This document shows, one piece after another, positions 53,373-64,000 of a DNA stretch of 64,000 nt. Numbering within the stretch: the stretch's first letter is position 1; each line of letters starts with the position of its first letter. The position numbers and the translations under genes were made by a program. The DNA comes from Cycas panzhihuaensis. Its lineage: Eukaryota > Plantae > Cycadophyta. The DNA lies in the NCBI GenBank assembly GCA_023213395.1, contig CM041465.1:205289741-205353740 (forward strand). Direction: 5' to 3'. The notes beneath the pieces are model-generated. The model was not told the DNA's origin and did not search any database. It was given only the letters and a program-made list of their open reading frames with translations.

Positions 53373-55639
53373 ATATTAAGTCAACATTAATATTTTTATT
53401 CAAATCTAGTCCAAAGGGGCTCCAATTTGATTATATTGAGTGCCCACATAATTATACTTTTAGTATAAAGGGGTAAATCTCAAAAAACTTAATTATCTTT
53501 TATATTTTTTAATTTTGAAAAGAGATTAAGCAATATTTCATTGTGATTTGAAGTCCATAACTCCCTAAGCACTCTAATAGGTGGTTATATACTATAGTTT
53601 AGTGACTGGGAGCTAAGCTTCAAAGGGGCTTAAGCCCAATCTTTACTTTTTTTAGCTCATAAGAGCACTTATTACAATTTCCCTTATAACTTTCTAATTG
53701 AGAGTTAGAATTAAGTGCCATCTAAACCATTGGAAAGATAACTTAGAGGGCTATAATTTAAAGCTAGTTTAAGCTTAATTTGAGTCCATTTTATAGAAGT
53801 TTTAGGCTACTAAATTTAGGCTAAGTATTTAAGAATTCTTAATGTTTTTCTCATCATTTAAAAGCTTAAATTAAGATTTTTATAAATTTTTTTACTGTTA
53901 TATACTATTGTTGATTATTAGTTAGTTGTTCTAATCTATTTTTTGGGCTAATAAAGTGCTTATGGTTGGTCTTTTATAGATGTTCTCCTTGGAAATTGAT
54001 GTGGATCTTCTTGGTGTAAGCCCTCTCAAAGAGCTCTCTAAACCCTTTAATTTCTTTTTAAGTTTTATATTTCATTTTTTTTTCTTTCCAGCATTTCTTA
54101 TTAGAAAGAACCCTTATTTATAAGCAACCCACCTTAAAATCAATATTTAAGTTGAAACATTAATAAAGATAATCCCAAATTAATTAGATAACTATATTAG
54201 CCTTACAAGGGAAATGGTTAGGACCCTTGAAGTTACCACTCCATACATGCCTTTAGTATTTCTCTAATTTACTGAGAAAACCATTGGCTATAAGATGTAT
54301 AAAGTGGTAAGCTAAGATGGTAGGCTATCCTTTGGTGATTGAAGACCATGTTAGTCTTGAAGGGGGTGAGCGCCTTAGTTGTTAAGTTCTCACTACTAGA
54401 TATATCGCTAGCCATAAGTCTAATGTTGGTGGATCCATAAATCAGGGGGGTCTTTAACCTTCATAGTAGCCCACATACTAAGGTACATAGAGCCTTGAGC
54501 TCATATATTAGTATATAGAGTCCCTAATTTGCCACTTGTGGATAGGTACCACTAGATAGGATAGTAACCAAGAGCTTTCTTAAAGACACTAAAGCTTAGA
54601 ACTCTAAATTAGTAGCCCCTAGGTAGATTAGTACACAAGTACTTAAAACTTAAAATCTAAAATAAAAAGATACTTAGAAATGGCATCATAAATACTATTA
54701 TCAAATATAATTAAACTCAATGGCCTTAATAACTCTATCACTTGGAAGAAGCAAGTAAAAAACCTACTATTATGAATGACTTTTAAGGCTATATCAATGG
54801 TGATATCCCCTTACCTAGACTAACCCAAGACCCCAATAACTCTAGCATCATAATTCCACTAGATCCTATTGCCTTAGCTAACTTTAAAGCTAAGGATAAT
54901 ATAGCCTTATCATTCCTCCACTTGGTGGTAGAAGACCAAATGGACCAGAATATAGAGACAGCCAAAACCTCTCACAAAGCATGGACCATCCTTTATGCCC
55001 TCTATGAGAGTAAAGATGAGTTAAGATCCTTGACTCTTAAAGTACATCTTTTTACCATCCCTTTTATTACCCATCTAATTGAAGTAACGACCATGAGAAA
55101 TCAACTAATAACCCTAGGAGAACCTCCTTCAGACTATGATCTTATATCTAGTATTCTAAATATTCTCCTAATATAACACAATAACTTTATTTTTAAACTA
55201 CATGATAACTACACCAAAATGGATTTTATCATCTTTAAGGGACTCTTACTAAGAGAAGAAAATATTCTCAATCAATTAGGGATAACATCTACCTTTAACT
55301 CAACCCCTACATTTGTAGCTTAAAACTTAGAGAGGGGTAAGACTACATAACTACTAGCTTAGCAGTCCAATTAAGTTCAAAGCCTTACTTAATAATTGGA
55401 CTCCTTGGACATCTCTTAAGAACCATATTAGCCACCAACTTAGCTTCAACCACATTAAGTTGGCACTTCCTCTAATCAAGTTCAATAGCCTTACTAACCT
55501 TAGCAAGCTCCATAGTCTCAAATGAAAAAGAATTAGTAGGGTAGACCCAATGTCACCTACTTATACTATGGGAAAGTTGGTCACCTTACTATTAAATATA
55601 GGAGATATCAAGTTGATCTCCAAATATTATAAAATTAAG

Positions 55640-55900
55640 GGAGCTAACCTTATGGGCCTAACTTCTAATAAGCAACCCTATACTATCAATAAAGAGGCTC
55701 ATTTTATTAACAAGGAGTACCTAACTTTCAACAAGATGGATAAAGCTATCAACTCCATTGACCAAGTTATCAATAAGGAGGACCAAGACCTCAATAAGGA
55801 GCCCCCTATCCATAATAAAGAGGTCCCATTCTATAATAAGAAGGTACTATCTATCGATAAGGAGGGTTATCATTTCAATAACCATACCAATTCTATCAAT
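55640..55900 (+). repeat. 21-bp tandem array in E2 gag encoding QQGGPxY-like heptads
   Basis: About 11 units of caa(c/t)aagga..., in frame with the zinc knuckle and the protease when taa is read as deaminated caa. Confidence 0.75.
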
Positions 55901-58900
55901 AAAGTTAGAATCTAAGACTCAATTAGAGTCAATGACAGTAGAACAAGCAGTAGTTCCTACTTAGGAATTAAAGAAACCCTAATACTCAGCAAGGAGGCCA
56001 TATGGTACACACCCAGGATGCCTCCTCTCAAAACCTATTCTTTGCAGCATTATCAACTTAACATGGTAATAACTCATGGCTACTTAACTCAAGTGTCACT
56101 CACCACATGACTCATATAAAAAATATGTTGGAGGAGACCTACCTAATTAATATACAAATAGTCATATTTAGTGACAAACTAATATATGATATGACTAATA
56201 TTAGAAAGACCTTAATAGCATTGAAAGACTTCAATATAAGGTATCATATCAATAATGTATTCCTAGTTCCAAGTATGAAAATGAATCTACTTTCAGTTAG
56301 CCAAATCAATAAGTAGAACTTAGATGTCCTCTTTAGTCAAGGTAGCTGAACCATCACAAATCATGTAACTAGATAACTTGTAGTAACTAGTAATAAAGAC
56401 AATAGCTTATACAAGCTTGATGGTATTCCTATAACTACCAATCCACCTATAGTATCATGCTTGATGGTCCAAAGTACACAACTTGATAAGAGAAAAGATG
56501 TCATGATGGAAGACCCACCTTCTATCTAAGAATGAGGTGAATGCTCCTACTCAAATGAACCATCTACCTCCAATAGTGCTAGAGACTAGTTATGGCATCA
56601 ATACCTAAGTCACTTAAATGTGTAAAGTTTGAACCTCATGTAAAGGCTTCATATAATACATGGCTTACCCAAGATCAAGAGATATAATAACATTTGTAAG
56701 GCATGCCTTATGGTAAAGTAACAAAGAGAAAATTTCCCATCTAAAAATGCATGGAAAGCCTTCTAACCATTAGAGTTGATTCACTTAGATATTTATGGGC
56801 CTATATTAGTACAATCACTTAATGGTATCACATATTTCATGACATTTATAGATAATTATTCTAGGAAAGTATGGATTCACTTCATAAAAAATAAGTGTCA
56901 ATCCCTAGATAAGTTTAAGGAGTTTAAAGTTGAGGTAGAAGATGAGAGTAGCATGACCATCAAGATACTCAAATTTGGCAATAGTGATAAATACATTTCT
57001 AATTAATTCACTAATTTCTATAAGGAACATAGCATTGAATACCAATTTTCAACACCTCGTATACCATAATAAAATGATGTAGCCAAGAGAATGAACTAAA
57101 CCTTGGTGAATAAAGACAAATCCATGCTAAGTACTGTCAACCTTGATATAAGATTTTGAGTTGATGTAATTACAACTACTACATACCTCAGCAATAAGAG
57201 TCCTATTATAGTAGTTAGGAATATTACTATTTAGGAATCTTAGTTAGGACTTAAGCCATCTATTACGCATTTAAAGATATTTAGATGCATGACATACAAA
57301 CTTATTCTGAAGGAGAATAGAAAGAAGCTTGATGATGAAAGTCTTAAGTATATATTCCTTAGCTATATACTTAGTTGCAAAGCCTATAAGGTGTTCAATA
57401 TTATTGGGAACCAAGCATACACAACTCAAGATGTCATCTTTGTAGAAGATACATAGGATCTAAATTCTTTTCAAATTTAGTTTGTAGCAAAAAATAAAGT
57501 TGGTGTGCCTTAAGTACCTCTTAGACAAATTCTGGAGCCACTAGTACAAGCCTCCTCATACGCACTAGTTCTTTATCAATTCTAGTAGTCACCACTTTTA
57601 TAATAAAAGCAAGCACAGATATGCTGCCTATTTTAGTTGATAACCTTAAGGTGGAGGCCACCAACATTTAGCCACCTCCCAAGTAGGTTTAATAATTATT
57701 AAAGAATACTCATCATCCTCTTATAATTACTAAAAGGCCATTAAAGATGAGACACACCTCCAATTTTACCTTAATGGCACGTGTCTTGGAAACCCTTGAG
57801 TCATCTATATTTGAGGAGGTATTCAAAGACCAAACATAGAAAATGGCCATGGACCAAGAGATGAATTGCATCCTTAAAAATGAAACTTAGAAGCTTAATA
57901 GAATCACCACCTGAAAAGAAGCTAGTTGAATGTAATAGGCTTTATAAAATAAGGTTCCATGCTAATAGTCCTATTGAACATCATAAACCCCACCTGGTAT
58001 TGAAGAGCACATTCCAAAATGGAAAGCTCATAAGACAACCTCTCGATGATTTCATGGATCAAGTTCATTGACCAACTGGGAACTAGGTTGTAGACATTTT
58101 CATCAAAGCAGTTAGCAAACCTAAGTTTGAATAGTTTCGATATAGCCTCAACATCAAATGTAATGAAGTTGTCGTTAAGTGAGAGTGTTAAAACTTATAA
58201 TGTTAGCTTCATTACCATGTAATTTATATGTATATATATATAGTTGTGTATTATAGGTGACCTTTATTTGTAATTTAACTATAATTTATAAATGTATCAG
58301 GTCTGTTATTTCTCCCGATATGTAAGCTAATTATATTGTTATAAGCGTTGGAAGTATGCTTATAAATTAAGTCCCACTCACTTTATTTGTAGATTGGATT
58401 CATTTGTAATGTGGAAGCACAATCAGATTTAAGCCTTACTATGTGATAAATTTTCCTATGAACCTTTACATATCTCAGTTATGCTCATTTTAGCTTGTTT
58501 ACTTTATTATTTCAATAGTTTGTATTGTAGTTTGATGGATGCACGTAGTATTTAGATCCTGACATAGTTTTTTCAATTATAATTGAACCCATATCAAAAT
58601 AGTACCATGAAGTTAAATAGCATGTATCTTGGCAACTTGCCTAGTCAGCATCTATATATCCTTTTAAGATAGAAAATTTAGTTTGGTTATAGTTAAGTCC
58701 AAACTTATGTGTGCCACAGATGTACTTGATAATCCTAGTTATAACCTTTTAATGGGGTGCTTTAGGCTTTGATATATACTTAGAATAGATCTTGACTACA
58801 TATGAAATGTTTGAGCATCTATGTGTGAGGTAGATGAGGCTCCTAACTAATTGCTCATACAAGATAGAATCAAATGATTTACCTTATTTTTTTAAGTTTA

Positions 58901-61747
58901 TCTTGGTTCCCATTTTTATTGGAATTGGGGATAGCTTATAATCTATTATTTTAAACCATTTTAAGAGTTCATTGGTATACTTTGATTGTGATAGGAAGAT
59001 GTGTTTAGGTTCTTTCCATACTTTAATTCTAAGGAAATAATATTGTAACATGAGATCTGTCATCTCAAAGTTGCATTTTAGTTTGGATTATAATCAAGTT
59101 ATACCCTTAGTATCGTTATCTATGATTACCAAATTGTTTACATTGAGTATAATGATGGTGATCAAATTTCCTCTAATCTAGATGTATAAGTCTAAATCAA
59201 AGGGTAAACGATAGAATCTATATTGAGTAAAAGGAGCATCAAATTTTGCATACCAAGCATGTCGTACTTGCTTTAGTCTATACAAGGCTTTCTTAAGCTT
59301 ATAAACTAAGCATTATTTACTAGGAATAACATAGCTAGGAGGTTGCTTTAACAGAACCTCTTGTGTGAGCTCTCCATTCAAGAAAGCACTCTTCATATCC
59401 ATTTGGTATACTAGCTAGTTGAATTGGGCTACTAAAGACATCACCAAATAGAATGTGGTCATATTGGCTACTAGTGCATAGGTTTCATCATAGTTTATTC
59501 CCTTCTACTATTTAAAACTTGTTTCAACTAGATGAGCTTTATGATATTTAATAGTATTGTCTATATAGAACTTAGTTTTATTGAGTCATCAATAATCAAT
59601 TAATTTTTTCCTAGGTGGTATTTTTATTATCTCCCAAGTTTATTTTTCATGATAGAATTCATCTCTTTGTCTATGAATGCTTTTCATGTTTAGTCTTTGA
59701 TTGCCTCCTCAAACATAGAAGGCTTAGAGGTTTCTAAGACATGTGCCATTAGGGTAAAGTTGATGAAGTGTCTCATTTTTTATGTACTTTTGGTAGCTGT
59801 GGGAGGAGGAGGACCCACTTAGAAGGTGGTTAAAAACTGGTGGTTTCCACCTAAAGGTCATCAACTAGAATGAATGGCATTAATGTGCTAACATCTGATA
59901 TAGATGTTGAGGTTGTTAGAGATAAAGAGGAACTTGGTGTATAGGAGGATGTAGGAGCTAGAATCTCTAAAATTGGTGTAAGAGTTACTTTAGGTATACA
60001 AACATCAACTTCTACTATAAACTAAAGTTGTGTGGGATCTAGGTCTTAAGTATCTTGAGCAAATATTACATCCTAAGTAGTATAGACTTGGTTTCTAGTA
60101 ATGTCAAATACCTTGTAGGCTTTACAACTAGGTATATAGCCAATGAAAATGCACTTAAGTCTTTTATCATCTAGCTTCTTTGTGTTCTCTTTAGGAATAA
60201 GTTTGTAGACTATGCATCCAAAGGTCTTTAAGTGAGCAACTATTAGTTTAAGTCTTGACCAAGTCTCCTCAAGAATGATGTTTCTAACTACAATAGTAGG
60301 ACTTCTATTTATCAGATACATAGTATTCGCAATGGATTCAGCCCAAAATCTTATAACAAGATCAATAGTGCTTAATATAACTTTTGCTTTATTCAGTAAC
60401 GTTTGATTCATTCTCTCTACTACACTACTTTGTTAAGGTATACAAGGTGTTAAGAATTAACATTTAATACTATATTGCTTGCAAAAATTGGTGAATTGAT
60501 TAGATATATATTCCCTTCCATTATCAAATCTAAGTACTTTAATACACATGCCACTTTGATTCTCTACCTCAACTTTAAATTCTTTGAATTTGTCAAGGGC
60601 TTGCAACTTATTCCTTAAGAAGTAGACCCACAAGTTCCTAGAATAGTCATATATAAATGTCATGAAATATAGGCTACCATTGAGAGATTAAACTAACATG
60701 GGCCTCTAAATATTTAAGTGGACTAATTCCAATGGCTCAAAGGCTCTCCATGTATTCTTAGATGAAAAATTTTTACTTTGTTATTTTCCCACTATGCATG
60801 CCTCATAAATGTAGTTGTTTCTATTGATCTTAGGAAGTCCATGAATTATATAAAGCCTAGACATTAGATTTAAACTCTGTGTATTTAGGTGGCCAAAGTG
60901 TTGGTGCTATAGTTGGTCTTTGGCACTATTTGAGGTAGATTTTTCATCAGAATATGAGTATTCACCTTTTTATTATAAAAGAGATGAGTCTTCTACCATG
61001 ATTTCTCTCCCCTTATCAAGTTGGGTATTCTAAGCTATTGAATAGGATTCTTTTGATGGATTAATGACGAGAGGAACTACATAAAGCTTGTATAATCTAC
61101 TATCTTCATGTCCTATTGCCACAAGTTATCTAGTAGTATGATTAGTGATAGTATAAATGCCTTGATTGAAGAGGACATCTAGGTTCTACTTATCAATTTG
61201 ACTAATGAAGAGTAGGTTTATCTTCATGCTTGGGACTAAGAACACATTGTTGATGTGGTGTCAAATTTTAGAATCATTTAATATAATGGGAGCCCTTCTA
61301 ATTTTGGTCACATTATAGATAAGGTTGTCTCTAAATGTAATTATTTAAGTGTTGATTAAATAGGTTTCCTCTAACATGTCTTCCATGCAGGTCATGTAGC
61401 ATGTGGCACCTAAATTAAGTAACTAAGAATTATCACTGTGTTGAGATGACAAAGCTATGAAGAATGAGTTTTGAAAGGAGGGTTGAGAATCTACCACATT
61501 ATTGTGGATTGGGATTATTCCTTGGATTTCTTGGTGGGAACCATTGCCTATTTTATTGACATTGGTTTTGATTTTATCTTTGATTCTAATTTTGTTGGTA
61601 TAATTAGCTTGGTTGCTAGTAGGTTGGACCTCCTTGTGGATAAATAGGGCCTCTTAGTTAAAAATTAGACCCACATTATTGAAAGTTTGGCTCATAAAAT
61701 TATCTTGCTTTATTTTGAAACATCTAAAAATCAATTTATTGTCTCCT

Positions 61748-63273
<1,526 letters not shown>

Positions 63274-63279
63274 ATGGTT

Positions 63280-63500
63280 CAAATAGTTGTGGTGTGTAAC
63301 CGCTTATACATGAAGTGGTGTAGCTTCTACTACCACTAAACTCATAAGGTTATCTTTTATGGTATGTATATCCATACACTCAATCTATCCTCCTCATGCA
63401 TCTTATGGAAGAAATATATAATTTTAATAACTATACTAATATATGCATTTATTTCCCAGCCTCTAGGAGTGGCATGGATACTACAACAAAGAGGTGAGTG
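63280..63500 (+). other. Candidate spliced host-gene fragment (GT-AG intron plus 34-nt exon), unidentified
   Basis: Donor gtatgt at 63362, branch-like tactaat near 63435, acceptor tttcccag ending 63459, exon 63460-63493, donor gtgagt at 63494. Confidence 0.25.
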
Positions 63501-64000
63501 AAGGTATGACTCATTACTCTTTACATTTCATTAATTTTACATATCATGATTGTAGATAATAGATGCATACTTTTATTTGCTTGATTGTTGTATGTGGTCG
63601 CCCACGTATTTTTTAGTCGATGATGAATATGACTCCAGTCGATGGCTATTAGTCCACCCATCAAGCTTCTTAAATAAGAACAGATGCTTATCCCCTTTGA
63701 AACATTCTCCTTACCTTATTTTAATCAATTGATTCTCCTATTTTTTCATTATTTTCACTCCCTTTCAATTGTATCTACATCTAATTCTCTACATTCATGA
63801 TTTTTTGGCTTGTTTTTATAGGTTTTTCATTAGAAAACTAAATCTATTACCAAATCATTACCTATTTTGTATGCAATAGTAGTACTATGAAGTATTTCAT
63901 AGTACCATGAATGATTTTGTAGTATGATTATCATTTACCTAAATTTAGGTCTACTAGTAATAATTGACTTATAAATGCTACCTTGATAGTCTTGGACAAT

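Larger units (their letters stand above)
32558..54440 (+). repeat. Segmental direct duplication, copy 2 (contains the extra Copia E3 insertion, lacks the 2-kb internal tandem duplication)
   Basis: Colinear with 1-16469 once E3 (45733-53372) is removed. The empty E3 site atatt is at 15408-15412 in copy 1. Confidence 0.95.
44703..58575 (+). mobile_element. Copia E2, two LTRs (44703-45082, 58186-58575), RT deleted, interrupted by E3
   Basis: PBS tggtattagagcc at 45083-45095, PPT aagtgagag at 58177-58185, TSD actac (44698-44702) vs attat (58576-58580). gag-pol from ATG 54680: zinc knuckle near 55555, WLLNSSVTHHMT protease, integrase IHLDIYGP/FIDNYSRK. Confidence 0.92.
43927..61693 (-). mobile_element. 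Copia E1 (gag C-terminus, PR, INT, RT, RH, PPT, 3' LTR 43927-44303), interrupted by E2 and broken at about 61693
   Basis: Pieces 58581-61693 and 44304-44697 join across E2 into GYIDAD*ASCQD...VSWSYKN*SNIALFSTKAK (RH). Integrase ORFs at 60073-60663. PPT reverse complement at 44304-44313. Confidence 0.9.

Noticed and set aside
1-54440. The two 16-kb copies as LTRs of a giant retrotransposon
   Set aside because: The boundary cuts through the E2 leader with no TG..CA, PBS or TSD, and the copies are mosaics of several nested elements.
55550-55915. 121-aa ORF with INKE-like heptads as a coiled-coil protein
   Set aside because: It is out of frame with the flanking zinc knuckle and protease. The real Gag frame is the Q-rich one, closed by caa>taa changes.

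Overview
AT-rich, heavily C>T/G>A-decayed plant retrotransposon graveyard. No intact host gene, RNA gene or CRISPR array was found, and most ORFs in the supplied track are TE fragments or microsatellite artefacts. (1) A large direct duplication, 1-16469 vs 32558-54440, about 90% identical by eye. (2) Three nested Ty1/Copia elements: E1 (minus) contains E2 (44703-58575), which contains E3 (45733-53372), each with LTRs, PBS, PPT and a 5-bp TSD. E1's two LTRs now point in opposite directions but share a TSD, which indicates an inversion. (3) A gag-only (TR-GAG-like) LTR element, 31328-37148, with a partial twin at 1-6833. It carries fused, antisense fragments of host ARID1/2-like and RRM genes and a doubled PBS. 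(4) A 5'-truncated L1 LINE with RNase H (20476-23725) inside another LTR element, plus an archaeal-type RNase H remnant and Gypsy/Copia debris. The main unexpected result, not visible in the ORF track, is two distinct, frameshifted remnants whose hand translation gives the ordered motifs of the superfamily-1 RNA helicase of alpha-like +ssRNA plant viruses. EVE-A is present in three copies (10906-13020 minus, 41246-43370 minus, 61748-63273 plus). EVE-B (19755-20300 plus) lies antisense inside an LTR element. All protein assignments come from manual translation and remembered family motifs, not database searches, and identities are estimates by eye.
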